A stretch of DNA of 64,000 nucleotides from Octopus sinensis (taxonomy: Eukaryota): positions 724 to 64,723 of the forward strand of contig NW_021831838.1 in assembly GCF_006345805.1 (NCBI RefSeq). Direction: 5' to 3'. Below, piece by piece: positions 1 through 13,290 of this stretch. Each line of letters opens with the position of its first letter. Position 1 is the stretch's first letter. Below the pieces are notes generated by a model. It saw only the letters and a list, made by a program, of their open reading frames with translations, was not told where the DNA came from and did no database searches. A program made the translations under genes and the position numbers.

Positions 1-9
1 GTTTTCTGA

Positions 10-590
10 TTTAAGCGCAATGCCAGCAATTTTGAGAGGAGAGAGCTAGTCGATAGCACTGGCCTCAGTATTTCACTGGTACTTTATGATATCGACCCCC
101 GAAATGACGAAAGGCAAAGTTGTCCTCGGAGGGATTTGAATACAGAATGTGACATGTCAAGAGAAATACCGCATGGTATTCTGTTCGACGCTGTAACGAT
201 TCTTCCAACTCACCGTCCTAAATGATAGTTTCGGATTTAGCCCAAAGTTTCAAGGAAGGGGTTAGTCGATTTCATCAAAACTCGCCAACTGGTTGGTACT
301 TTGTTTCATCGAATCAGAAGAATGAAAGGCGAAGTTAATCTCGTTAGGATTTGAACTCAGAATGTAGCGAATCGGAAGAAATACTGTTAGGCATTTCTTC
401 TAGCACGCTAACAATTTACCCAGTTCGCCAATTGGCTTGTAACAATAATAATACTTTCTACTATAGACACAAGGTCTGAAATTTTGGGGGAGCGTTTAGT
501 CGATTACAGCGATTCCAGTGATCAGCTGGTACTTACTTCATCGAGCCCGAAAGGATCAAAGGCAAAGTCGGCCTCGGCGGAATACTTGTA
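10..590 (-). mobile_element. Three adjacent degenerate copies of a tRNA-derived SINE (Octopus OR-like family)
   Basis: Reverse complements of the family core (GGCAAAGTCG.CCTCGGCGGAAT, ATCGACCCC.GAAAGGATGAAAGG) at about 80-150, 300-370 and 535-585; same family as 1822-2222. Confidence 0.8.
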
Positions 591-654
591 ACAATGATTT
601 TGTTCAGGGCTCATTATTTTAGGCATAGTAACAATAATAATAATTATTTCTTCT

Positions 655-837
655 ATGAAAGGAATGAAAGAAATGGTCAAGCTCTACAGCTGTTTCAAAA
701 GGGACACTCATGCGCATTATGTAACATTACAAATGCTTCATGGGGTATTTTCTCATCGAGGACATGCAGCTATTCTGTTGGAAATTATTTACCGTAATGA
801 ATTATGTAAAAAACAACAAAAACAAACAGAAAATTAG
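655..837. repeat. Dispersed ~185-bp repeat, copy 1 (inverted homologue at 4393-4587)
   Basis: Co-linear nucleotide similarity with the reverse complement of 4393-4587. Carries GAAACAGCTGTA, an HHR 3'-half motif, on the minus strand at 685-696. Confidence 0.75.
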
Positions 838-1500
838 ACTAGGTAAGTTTACATAGGTGCTTCTTACCATACTTTAAATCTGGATTACATAATCACAGTT
901 AAACATTTAGGTCCAAAGAAAGGCTGATAGCACATCTTTATCTATAATAATTTGGAAATTAGAAGGCCGATCGTCCAATGTGCGAAACCCTAATACGGTT
1001 ATAGCAGTAAGTGCTTAATATGCATTGCAGAGATTATGATAATCATGAACACTAAGGATAATATTATTAATAGACTCGATGGATTAATTATGAGATGTAA
1101 TCATCGATTATGCAATACCCTACTCCGCTGCAAACCCTTTTCTCTATTAGGTAATACTAATTACTTCCTCTTAATTTGTAGTCACTTATAGTTTTTTTAA
1201 TCTACCTAATTTTCTTTCGCCTCTAGGATTTTACTATATCTATTTAACATTATTTAATGAAATATAAATTTGCTGATAGATATCTTACTTAGTTTTATTA
1301 ACGTGTATACGGACCATTCGAGTGTACATTATTCTTCCATGTTTCTACTACGTGGCTCACGTACGTTTCGTTACAGATAGTTAACTTACATCAATTACTT
1401 CTAATTCTCCATAGTGTCAATTTGTATATATGTCTTTCGTACATAGATCTACGTACCATCGTATGTAAGTTTACGTTATCAATTTTCCTTCACCCATAGT

Positions 1501-1680
1501 TCGTAGTTGTGTGAGACTCTTGTTACTTGTTTTGCCTTAATTCTTACTATCTCTGTGTTTTCTTCTTTCGTTTTCCTATACGTACAACGAGCTCTAAACG
1601 TACAGGTTATGCATTTGTATATTTGTGTTTTTGTATACATCTAACTTGTTAGCCTGTCTCTTTCCAGTTTTAATTATGTC
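1501..1680 (+). repeat. Local direct duplication, copy 1 (copy 2 at 2534-2720)
   Basis: Both start TCGTAGTTGTGTGAGA.TCTTGTTA.TTGTTTTGCCTTAATTCTTACTATCTCT and remain alignable for about 180 bp. Confidence 0.8.
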
Positions 1681-1821
1681 TTACTGTTTTTGTTTTCGGT
1701 CATTACATTCAGTTACCTTTTAGCATACGTCTGTAGGTATTTATGTTTGTATGTATTTGTGCAAGTATGCTTTTATGTTAGCATTGTATAGGTATATTCA
1801 TTTGTAAATATTTATGTCTAA

Positions 1822-2222
1822 AAGGCAGCGAGCTGGCAGAATCGTTAGCACGCTGGGCGACATGCTTAGCGGTATTTCGTCTGCCGTTACGTTCTGAGTT
1901 CAAATTCTGTCGATGTTTACTTTGTCTTTCATCCTTTCGGGGTTGATTAAATAAGTACCAGTTACGGACTGGGGTCGAGATAATCGACTTAATCCGTTTG
2001 TCTGTTCTTGTTTGTCCTCTCTGTATTTAGCCCCTTGTGGGTAGTAAAGAAATAGGTATTTCGTCTGTTTTTATGTTCTGAGTTCAAATTCCGCCGAGGT
2101 CAACTTTGCCTTTCATCCTTTCGGGGTCCATAAATTAAGTACAAGTTGCATATTGGGGTCGATGTAATCGACTGGCCCCTTCCACCAAAATTTCGGGTCT
2201 TGTGATTACAGTAGAAAAGAAT
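1822..2222 (+). mobile_element. tRNA-derived SINE (OR-like): head plus two ~184-bp body units
   Basis: Head AAGGCAGCGAGCTGGCAGAATCGTTAGC, B-box-like GAGTTCAAATTC; GGTATTTCGTCTG recurs at 1871 and 2055. Confidence 0.85.
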
Positions 2223-2308
2223 ATTTGTGGCCAAGTGTATGTATACGTGTCTATATTTTTGTAGATATGTAGCGAGTATATTTACACATATTCTTGCATG
2301 TATACGTA

Positions 2309-2363
<55 letters not shown>

Positions 2364-2439
2364 TGAAAAATGAATAGAAATGACTTTTCTGATAATTTTC
2401 CCACTTTAATAATTAGATGTTTACAAAAGGTACACGCAT

Positions 2440-2519
<80 letters not shown>

Positions 2520-2732
2520 CCTCTCTCTCTCTCTCGTAGTTGTGTGAGATTCTTGTTATTGTTTTGCCTTAATTCTTACTATCTCTAACTTTTCTTGTTT
2601 CTTTTTCCTGTACGTCCAGCAAGCTTTAAACGTACAGATTTTGTGTGCGTATATATTTATCCTTTTGTAATTATACATCTAATTTGTTTGCCTGTCTCTT
2701 TTCAGTTTTAATTTGTCTTTTTTCGTTATTCG

Positions 2733-2822
2733 CCTTCTTTGAGTTTCCGTCTACCAAATCCACTCACAATGTTTGGGTCGGCCCGAGGCTATAGTAGAAG
2801 ACGCTTGCCCAAAGTGCCACGC
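2733..2822 (-). mobile_element. Fragment of the CORE-like tRNA-derived SINE family
   Basis: Reverse complement of GGCAC.TTGGGCAAG.GTCTTCTACTATAGCCTCGGGCCGACC...GTGAGTGGATTTGGTAGACGGAAAC, as in 17734-18200. Confidence 0.85.
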
Positions 2823-2839
2823 CATATATATATATATAG

Positions 2840-2897
<58 letters not shown>

Positions 2898-3110
2898 ATG
2901 TATGTATGTATGTTGTATGTGTGTGTGTGGGTGTGTGTGTGTGTGTGGGTGGTGTGTGTTACATACATATTTATTTGTACACATATGTTATTTTAGCTAA
3001 GTGTAGGAAGTCTGTAAGCTGCGAGCAGTCTGTGGTAGACATAAAAACAACGGTCAGGAAAAATAAAATTTATTGGTGTGGGTTGTAGGCTTTTGCTATA
3101 CTTTCGTCGA

Positions 3111-3247
3111 AAGTAAAGAATACGTACACCCGGTGTTTAGGGTTAGGGTTAGGGCTTAGGATTAGGATTAGGGTTAAGGTTTAGGATTAGGATTAGGGTT
3201 AAGGTTTTTGTTACTCCGAAAACGAGTGGTGTACGTATTCTTTACTT
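3111..3247. mobile_element. MITE-like element: 20-bp perfect inverted repeats around a degenerate (TTAGGG)n array
   Basis: AAGTAAAGAATACGTACACC (3111-3130) is the exact reverse complement of 3228-3247; TTAGGG/TTAGGA/TTAAGG units at about 3136-3204. Confidence 0.7.
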
Positions 3248-3325
3248 CCCCTCGAAGTTCGATAAGCTAAAAAAAATTTTCTGTACCTCAAGGTTAGCAA
3301 CTGGAGTCGCTATGAATGTGAATGT

Positions 3326-3480
3326 CTTCTGCGAGTTAACTTGGGATTCCTTAATGACAACGTAACCTTCATAAACTAATGTATCTTGGGCCTGGTGATT
3401 AGCTAGCTGAGTACCCCTCGTTGAGTAATTATCACATCAGAGGATTTGCTGGCTACGAAACATATGTAGCCTGAATTTTA
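3326..3480 (+). mobile_element. PLE pseudo-LTR-like fragment, homologous to the minus strand of 44670-44816
   Basis: TCTTCTGCGAGTTAACTTGGGAT...GACAACGTAACCTTCAT...ACCCCTCGTTGAGTAATTA is shared; contains an HHR motif. Confidence 0.65.
3388..3472 (+). ncRNA. Degenerate type I hammerhead ribozyme motif
   Basis: Stem I GGGC/GCCT; core CTGGTGA (A6G variant, 3392-3398); stem II TAGCTAGC/GCTGGCTA; GAAAC-ATAT-GTA at 3457-3468. Confidence 0.6.
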
Positions 3481-3841
3481 CCTGCTACATTCCCTCAATT
3501 TGGGTTATGTAGGTTTACTATTAATACCGATACAGACGTACATAAATTTATGTTTCTTGTAGTTTAATTTTAAAGTTAGTGTCTAACCCTGCCTATATTT
3601 GATTGAATACTTTTGTACATAGGATAAATGTGTTTGGAAGTTGTGTGTTCTGTTTTTTGGTATGTTTGATCACAAACAGCACTTCTTTTAGTGCTGTTGA
3701 TACCGCCGGATTGAATGGTACTGCAAATGTGTCGAAACCATAATGATATCCGTGGGGCAGTTGGATTGTTGGTATGGTTGTTTTTGCATATGTGGAATAG
3801 TATTATAACACATCCTTTTGACTAATATATATATTATATAT

Positions 3842-3886
<45 letters not shown>

Positions 3887-4392
3887 TATATTATATATAT
3901 ACATATATATACACAAACACAAACACACACACACACACACACACACACCACACACATATGATGTGTGTATACATAGATTTACGTATATGTATGAGTATAG
4001 GTATGCTGTGAATGCATGCATTTGCGTAGTTTCTTTTCTGCATGTGGATGTTGTATGTGTATGTACATACACGTAACTTGCTTAGTACTCTTTCCTTTTC
4101 TTTTCTCTTCTTTGGTTTTCCCCTCCTATTAGTTTTATTACTCACGTTATCTTTCCTCAGTAATAAACGTTCCATTCTTGTGCTATGGCTTCCCCTAACA
4201 CGACACTTGAGGAGCAATTTCACCATATACCGAAACCATTAATCAAATCAGAATCTTCTGTAGCCGCACCATAAATTTGATCATGTGGATAATGAAATGA
4301 TCTCCAAGAAATCTTACCCCAATATACTTGTTAAGGTGTATGGCACGCGATTAGCTCTTTACCAATCCCACTTTCCGCTTCATTCTTGATCC

Positions 4393-4587
4393 TTAAAATG
4401 CACATTTTAGCCCGTTTGTTTTTTTACATAATTCATTACAGCAAATCATTTCCAGCAGAATTGCCGCATGCATCCGACACGAAAGGACAGCAGATAGTCC
4501 TAAAACATTTTTAATGCTACATAATATGTGTCCAGTATTCCTTTTGAAACAGATGTAGTGCTTGACGACTTCTTCCGTTCCTTTCAT
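4393..4587. repeat. Dispersed repeat, copy 2 (inverted homologue of 655-837)
   Basis: See 655-837; carries GAAACAGATGTA on the plus strand. Confidence 0.75.
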
Positions 4588-5078
4588 TTACAAACTCGAC
4601 TGTCGCATAATAAGCAACATTCGTTGCTTTCGAATTGGAGTTATATAGCATGTTACCGGAATTTTCTGTCTACTCTCGAAATGAGACGAAGTGTATTGAT
4701 TAATAAACTTTATTGGCCAGTTAGCGGTTTTTTTGTGTTTTCTATATAAGCCTTCTTTATGCTAGGTAGCAACCAACTGTTTTTACTTCGATCAACTGAG
4801 TGATCCTACTAATATATTATATATATATGCATACACACACAGGGTGTGTGTGTGTGTGTGTGTTATGTGTAATAAAAATAGATATTCAAGGAATCAGACA
4901 GAGCTCACAGTTACCTCTCCGTCTGGTGCGCGGCTATCAAGAAAGACCGTAGTTAAGGTTAGGGATGTAACTTCAGCGTTGTTCTGAAATTTCTGAAAAC
5001 GCAATGGTGGAAAGTTTGTATAAAAGTCGATCTGATAAGAGATATGTAGCAAGAGAATAGATGATTATTCCATTTGTT

Positions 5079-5120
5079 GACAGCTGTTTCGTGATTTCTA
5101 TTAGTTACGAAACAGCTGTC
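5079..5120. repeat. 14-bp perfect inverted repeat made of HHR 3'-half motifs
   Basis: GACAGCTGTTTCGT (5079-5092) / ACGAAACAGCTGTC (5107-5120), 14-nt spacer. Confidence 0.8.
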
Positions 5121-5489
5121 TAGTAATGAAATGCATATATGTGTGTGTTATATTTACCTTATATATCGTTTGAGTTGATGTAGACAGTAGGCATTCACGT
5201 CAAAGTAAAATAGATACGAACAATGAAATAGCTTCAATTAGTTGTGCCAGTTAACTATAGTACATAGCTAACATCTGTTCTTTTCCTTGATGCTAAGGTA
5301 TGAACGTCACAACCTTCCCTTTCTGATTTCCCTAGAAAAGAAAAAATACCCCACACTATAAAGCTAAATGGGAATAACTGGGAATAATTTTGTCGACACC
5401 ACCACCACCACCACCACCACCACCACCAACAACAATGATAATAATACTAATACTAATACTACTACTAATAATAATACTGATAATAATGT

Positions 5490-5660
5490 ACCACATGACC
5501 CGTTTGCGTGGTCCGTCGCAGCCAATAGGAAGTCGCTCAGCCGATAATTCCGGTGAAGCAGCAATCCTTTCTTTTATGCAATCTATTACACGGCCGGAAT
5601 TAATTGCTTAAAAGCAGACGATATGTTGTCGTAAACACGACTGCAGTCATTGAATTGGGC
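5490..5660. promoter_or_regulatory. Candidate promoter/enhancer: short CpG-rich patch with E-box, CCAAT and ETS-type motifs
   Basis: CACATG 5492, CCAAT 5522, GGAAGT 5528, TTCCGG 5548, CCGGAA 5594; locally many CpGs; no repeat family recognised. Confidence 0.35.
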
Positions 5661-5749
5661 TTTTCGGCTAATCGCTTTGATTATGGTCTTTTATGTTGAA
5701 ATCTGATTTTTGTTGGCATTGTATCGGCTGAAAAGTTGTGTGCATCTGC

Positions 5750-6910
<1,161 letters not shown>

Positions 6911-7489
6911 AACTAGATAGATGAGATAATGATAGATAGCTAGAGCGATGTCTAGATAAAAAATACATAAAAATAGAAATAGGTTAGCAGTCAGAAAAAC
7001 AGAGAAGGGGAGAGAAGGCCATTGAACCAAACTATACAACCCCCTTCCCTTTCGCCTTTCATGTCACGACACATCCTAATACGGGGTACGGCACCAATTT
7101 CTATGGCACACCATGCTACCACGGTGCAGCGTAACGCTTTTCCTTTACACGCAAATAAATAGACAAAAGGTGGTTCCGAACTACCACCGAACCCTTCTTC
7201 TATCCTTTTAATATCACCACCGACATTCTTGATACCTCCATCATCACCATTACACGCCACCGCTGCTGCAATCGGATCCACCACCACCACCACCACCAAC
7301 CAACAACAACAACAACAACAAACAAGACCACTATCATCGTCACTGCAACAACCACCACCACTACTGTCACCTTCTCTGTCACCACAACCGCAATTAGCAC
7401 TCTCCCCAGCACGATCACTACTACCACCGCTACCATTATCATTATTATTAGAAAAGAAATCACCATTATTATTATTATTATTATTATTA

Positions 7490-7535
<46 letters not shown>

Positions 7536-7554
7536 GTTATTATTATTATTATTG

Positions 7555-7934
7555 AGGCGGCGAGCTGGCAGAAACGTTAGCACGCCGGGCGAAATGCTTA
7601 GCGGCATTTCGTCTGTCGTTACTTTGTGAGTTGAAGTTCCGCCGAAATCGACTTTGCCTTTCATCCTTGCGGGGTCGATAAATTAAGTACCAGTTACGCA
7701 CTGGGGTCGATTTAATCGACTTAATACCTATGTCTGTCCTTGTTTGTCCCCTCTATGTTTTGCCCCTTCTAGGTAAAAGAAATAGGTATTTCTCCCGTCG
7801 CTGCGATCTGAGTTTAAATTCCGCCGAGGTCGACTTTGCCTTTGATACTTTCGGAGTATCAAAAAATTTCAAACCTTGTGCCTTTTGTTTGTCCTTGTTT
7901 GTCCCCTCTGTGTTTATCCCCTTGTGGGTAGTAA

Positions 7935-7935
<1 letters not shown>
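7555..7935 (+). mobile_element. OR-like SINE: head plus repeated body unit, flanked by (ATT)n and (TAA)n
   Basis: GGCGGCGAGCTGGCAGAAACGTTAGCACGCCGGGCGAAATGCTTAGC head; body restarts after GAAATAGG at about 7785. Confidence 0.85.
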
Positions 7936-7973
<38 letters not shown>

Positions 7974-7999
7974 TATTATTATTATTGTTATTATTCAAT

Positions 8000-8880
8000 A
8001 AATGGTGGTTAGCAACGAACAGAGTGATTAGAGTAGAATCGATTAGATCTAGTAAGTTCGTGGCTATAGAGAAAAATAGATTAGAATTTGCCTTAGAAAC
8101 TCAGAGGACGGACTTAGGAAAGACATGGTAACTGACGTGCTTGCAGTGAGACTGGCCTTCGACAAATTCTTCAACATGAAGCACAAATGCTGCATTGTTA
8201 GAGCTAAAGTGTTTACTTCAAGATACGGGGTTTGGGATTGTCATTTCGAGATAAACTCAAAACAGACATGGAAATGCCATTAGCCGAGCCTGTCCGAGAT
8301 CGCGGGTAGCGTCGAAATCGTCCTGCATGCACTCGTCCAGTGCCCCAGCATTGCTGATTTGTGAAATTATGTCGAACATGTGCTATTATGTGAAGGACAG
8401 ATCTTTTTATCAGCTGCGAACATTGTGAATATCGTCCCACTGGTAGTCTTTATCTCTCTGGTGGACTTAGCGAAGAGGTTGTGTGGTGGACGAAACTGAA
8501 AGAGCTGAAGACACATCTTCCTCTTTGGGCAAATCTTCGACTTCTTTGAGTTTCACTTGCAAAGGAAACTGAGGGTGAAGAGGGAAGTGCTATCTTCCAG
8601 CAAATTTAATGAAAGATGGATGGGAATGGTGAGGATAGTCCAAGCGAACGGGCTTGCTCTAAGCATACGCCTGTAGATTGAGGGAGGAGGATGGAGAGAG
8701 GACATTTGCCTTAGTGTTCAAGGTGACCGTGGTTTTATAGCGCTTCCACGAGCAACCCTTGGAGGTTTCCTCTCTTTAGGGAAGTTGTTTTTTGTTTCAC
8801 TGTTTCTATTATTTTACTGTTTACACACTTTTATTTCGATTGTGTACTTGTTTTCCGAATGTTTCTGTATCTATTTGTGA
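8000..8880 (+). mobile_element. 5'-truncated Tx1/L1-clade LINE 3' end (ORF2 C-terminus pseudogene plus 3'UTR)
   Basis: Frameshifted zinc-knuckle ACPRS...EIVLHALVQCP, then FFEFHLQRKLRVKREVLSSSKFNERWMGMVRIV ending at TAG 8674-8676; T-rich 3' region. Confidence 0.75.
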
Positions 8881-9779
8881 TGATTAATCTTGTATCCATT
8901 TGAATAATATAATAACTGTAACAAAATTGATGGAACTGATTATTTTAATTTTAATATTTGATTTAGTTTCAGTGACTTCATTCTAAGTACCATCAATCTA
9001 TTTCTTTTTAAAAATCAAGAGTGTTTCTACTACTTTATTCCACCCAGATCATATAGGTCAATTTTTCTTGTCTTCAAGTCTTTTCATTAAAAATATATTT
9101 TTAGTTTTATATATTTTTCTCTTTCCAAGGCGGTCTTAGCAAATTGTCTTCAATGAATACACATACCACATGGCAGTAAATTTTCCAGTTATCTTACACC
9201 TACAGCATACACTCTTCAACAAGAATTCATTTCAATACATGTATGTTTAACTCTTCTGCCGTTTGCAGCGGTATAACACTTTCCCAAAACAATTCTGCTT
9301 GTTTGGAAAAGAACCTGTTTATTTTTCCGAACAGAATTTTTACTATTTTTGTACAGATTGACGTAACAGCGTATAACGTAATCAGGCAGATTCGAAGTCT
9401 GTAGTTTGGTGCTGAGTGTTTATTTCTTGTTAGTTATCAGCGTGGTTAGAGAGAGATTTAAACCCAGGTTTTAAAGATAAAACAATATAAATGTAAATAA
9501 TTAAAAAAAAATTAATGGAAATGATAAGCCAATTTTTCTCCTAGTCAACAATTGAATCTAAGCATTAGCAGACGATACTAAACAGTGTTGCTAAGCAGCC
9601 ATGTTTGAGTGTAAGCTTTATGTTTATTTATTTAGTTATTTAGTAAACTCTTTTATCGCCGAGATATTTTCACATTTGATGACGTAGGCAGTTAATCAAA
9701 GATGACAGAAAGCACTAACAACAAAAATATTTACAAAAGACCATAAATAACGATATTTTGAGGACATCGAGATGGCGTT

Positions 9780-9881
9780 GATGAGGTTGAGGACGATGAC
9801 AATGATGATGAAGATGAAGATGATGATGATGATGATGGTTATGATGAAGATAGTGATGATGATGATGATGATGATGATGAT

Positions 9882-9917
<36 letters not shown>

Positions 9918-9932
9918 TTATGATGAAGATAG

Positions 9933-9979
<47 letters not shown>

Positions 9980-10300
9980 GTAATGCTGCAGCTATTGATG
10001 AAGATGAGAATAAGGAAGAGGAGAATGAAAAATAAGACGGTGATAAGAACGAAGGTGATGATTTCAATTAATGATAGTGATGATAACTATGATGACTTGT
10101 TGAGGACGAATTAACGTTGTGTTTGCTGTTGATGTTGCGGATAGTGATGATGATTGATGATGATAATGATGATGAAACGAGGACAATTGTGCTAATGATG
10201 ATCGTGATGGTGGTGATAATAGCATCGATGACGGTGATGAGTAGCGCCACAATCCTCAAAATCATCACAATCATCCCGATCAACATGATAAAATTATCGT
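9780..10300. repeat. Degenerate (GAT)n trinucleotide field
   Basis: Directly visible. Confidence 0.95.
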
Positions 10301-10344
10301 GATAATATTTCTTTTGTTTAGACATAGTGGTAAAACAATGACAA

Positions 10345-10605
10345 GTTTTGATTGCGGAAGTGGAGCGGGTGGTACGGTGGAATACAACATGTACCTGGAA
10401 GTGTAGAAATGAGTTGCGACATCACTGACGCCAAGTTGTTTCAGCCTTTGCCTTCCCTTTGGATAACACCGGTAGCGTGGAGAGAGGAGATTGGTATGCA
10501 AGTGCGACTGGTGAAATACCACAAAAAAAAAAAACCTTGCCCGGACTTGTGCCTCGGAGGTGCAATCCCATGGTCATTCATGACCGAAAGGTTTTTTTTT
10601 TTTTT
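10345..10605 (+). mobile_element. 3' portion of an unclassified short retroposon-like repeat
   Basis: Ends ...CCCATGGTCATTCATGACCGAAAGG plus poly(T); I recall it as a common octopus repeat but cannot verify the family. Confidence 0.4.
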
Positions 10606-10984
10606 ACCCTTTTTACACATTTGCAAGAAACAGTGTAGAGTTGTGGTTATTCTGTTATATGTTTCCGTCCAATGACTGTTTCCATGCTGAAAGGATAAAA
10701 CAAATGTTCAGAGTTAAGATCCTGTTGAGATCAATCTTTGCTACTATCATTGTTAAAAATTCAAGCTGTCACTACCCGTTTGTGTTTATAGTGTGGAAGT
10801 ATCTTTTTTAAATGTATCTGTATGTCTTGCGCAAGGATGACACGCACATTCGTGAAGCGCTGTATATCTCTAAACAAAAAAAAAAAAAGAAGAAAGAAAA
10901 AAAGGCGTAGACGTGGCTGTGTGGTAAGAAATTTGCTTCGTAATCTCATGGCTCTGTGTTCAGTCTCACTGCGTGGTATCTTGA

Positions 10985-11520
10985 ATGAAAGACTAAGTCG
11001 ATTTCGGCAGAATTTGAACTCAGAGCGAAATGAATCATAAAAATGCCGCCAAAGATTTTATCCGACGCGCTAACGATTCTGCCAGTTTACCACAACCACC
11101 ACCTATTTCTTTACTACCCACAAGGGGATAAACACAGAGAGGACAAACAAGGAGAGACACACGGATTAAGTCGATTATATCGACCCCAGTGCGTACATGG
11201 TACTTATTTAATCGACCCCGAAAGGATGAAGGGCAAAGTCGACCTCGGCGGAATTTGAACTCAGAACGTAGCGGCAGACGAAATACCTATTTCTTTACTA
11301 CCCACAAGGGGCTAAACACAGAGAGGACAAACAAGGACAGAGAAACGGATTAAGTAGATTACATCGACCCCAGCGCGTTACTGGTATTTAATTTATCGAC
11401 CCCGAAAGGATGAAAGGCAAAGTCGACCTCGGCGGAATTTGAACTCAGAACGTAACGGCGGACGAAATAACGCTAAGCATTTTGTCCAGCGTGTAAATGA
11501 CTCTGCCAGCTCGCCGTCTT
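10985..11520 (-). mobile_element. OR-like SINE cluster: separate head (10985-11095) and head plus two tandem ~184-bp units (11100-11520)
   Basis: ACCTATTTCTTTACTACCCACAAGGGG at 11101 and 11285. Confidence 0.85.
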
Positions 11521-12107
11521 ATGTTAATTCATTAATAATAATAATAATTAGATATATAACAATCATCATTATTATCGGAAGTACAAAGAAAGAGATGTTT
11601 TGGGGGCTGGGGTGCATGTGGGAGTTGAGAAGAATACTAATAAGAGTAAAGAATTGAAGTGTGGATGATAAAAGAGAACAAAAAGTAGAATTGCTGAACG
11701 AAAACGAAAAGAAAAAAATCAAATATAAGAAGGAATAACATATGAATAGTGAAAAGATTAAAACAATTTGAAAAAAAATAATCCAAGAATGAATGAAAAG
11801 CAGAGAAAGAATTAAAGAAAGAGAACAATGAGGAAAAACCTGACGGCAGGAAAGAAAAATAAAATAAAAGAAAGGAGGTAAAATTCGAGAAAAGAGTAGG
11901 AGAAGATAGGGGATCTACTGAAAGTGAAAGTAAAAACAACAACCACAACAAAATCCCACAGAATATATGAAAAGAGAACGGGCTAACGAAAATAAAATAA
12001 CAGAAATAATAAATTGTATCTGTGAAAGAAAGGAAGGAATACACACGGATAAAATATAAATTAGTAAAGAAGTAGAGAAGATTGAAGTAACAATTTTAAT
12101 GAGAGAT

Positions 12108-12160
<53 letters not shown>

Positions 12161-12645
12161 AAAGAAAATAAACAAAACAATTTGAGTTGTCTCTGAAGAT
12201 GGGAAATTCTCTCATGCATTGCGTTGAAGGAAATTAATCATAAGCATTTGAATGAAACCAAAATTGGAATCCATAGTCGCCAGAAGGTGCTCTTTAGAAT
12301 TTGTATTTTTTCGCGATTCACTCAGCGCTTATCGTATGGGCAGTTAAGAAACGACAGACTAACTCAGTGATAAAGATTTTCATATAGAAACAAAATTGAA
12401 TAAGATGAATAAATAGATTAAATAAATGGATAAATAAATGTAGAGAAATGTTGCAGAAAAGAAAGAACCAGTTAAAACATTTAGATTATGTTGCTGACAA
12501 AAGGTAGCTGAGTAATTTTGTGATGAGCATAAAATCTCTCTCTCTCTCTTTCTCCCTCCTTCACTCTTTACGTACGTACATACCTATCTACTTACCTACC
12601 TATCAAGCTATATACCTACCTCTCTATTTGGCTGTCTGCCTTCTG

Positions 12646-12737
<92 letters not shown>

Positions 12738-13124
12738 GTCTGTGTCTGTCTGCCTTTCTGTCTGTCCGTCCCTCTGTCTGTCTGTCTGTCTATGTCTGTC
12801 TGTCTATGCCTATCTGTCTGTCTGTCTGTCTGTCTGCCTGTCTGTCTGTCTGTCTGTCTATCTATGTCTAAGATGTTATTTGAAAGACCTTTGGTTGCTA
12901 TTTTTAGTAGTTTCAGTGTTCGAATAGACCCTCCTTTATGCTTGCTGTAGTCACCAACTCTATAAGTTCTTGAATTTTGTCCCATTCGTTTTTGGTAGCC
13001 GCCCCATATTCTGATATGATTTATTGTTTAATGTTTTGGTTGTGTCATGTAGAATTGGCATTAGAATATTTAATGCATTGAGTGAAGTCCGTTGCGTAGG
13101 AATCGTATTTTCTTACTTGTCTCA

Positions 13125-13290
13125 GTTATTGGATTGCAGTCATGCTGGGGTACCGCCTTGAAGGTGGTTAGTTGAACAAATCGACCCCAGTACAATTTTT
13201 CTTGAAGCCAGGTATTTATTCTGTCGGCCTTAGTTATGCAAACCAATACCGGTCGTCAAGCGGTGGTTGAGGCCAAACATAAGCACAAAG
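13125..13290 (-). mobile_element. 3' part of CORE-like SINE
   Basis: Reverse complement of the tail AAGGCGGT.CCCCAGCATG.CTGCA.TC. Confidence 0.65.

Noticed and set aside
3136-3204. True telomere or chromosome-fusion scar
   Set aside because: Only about 70 bp, degenerate, single orientation, and enclosed by inverted repeats.
9090-9350. piggyBac-like Cys-rich terminus
   Set aside because: Only scattered cysteines across broken frames; no TTAA/TIR pair found.
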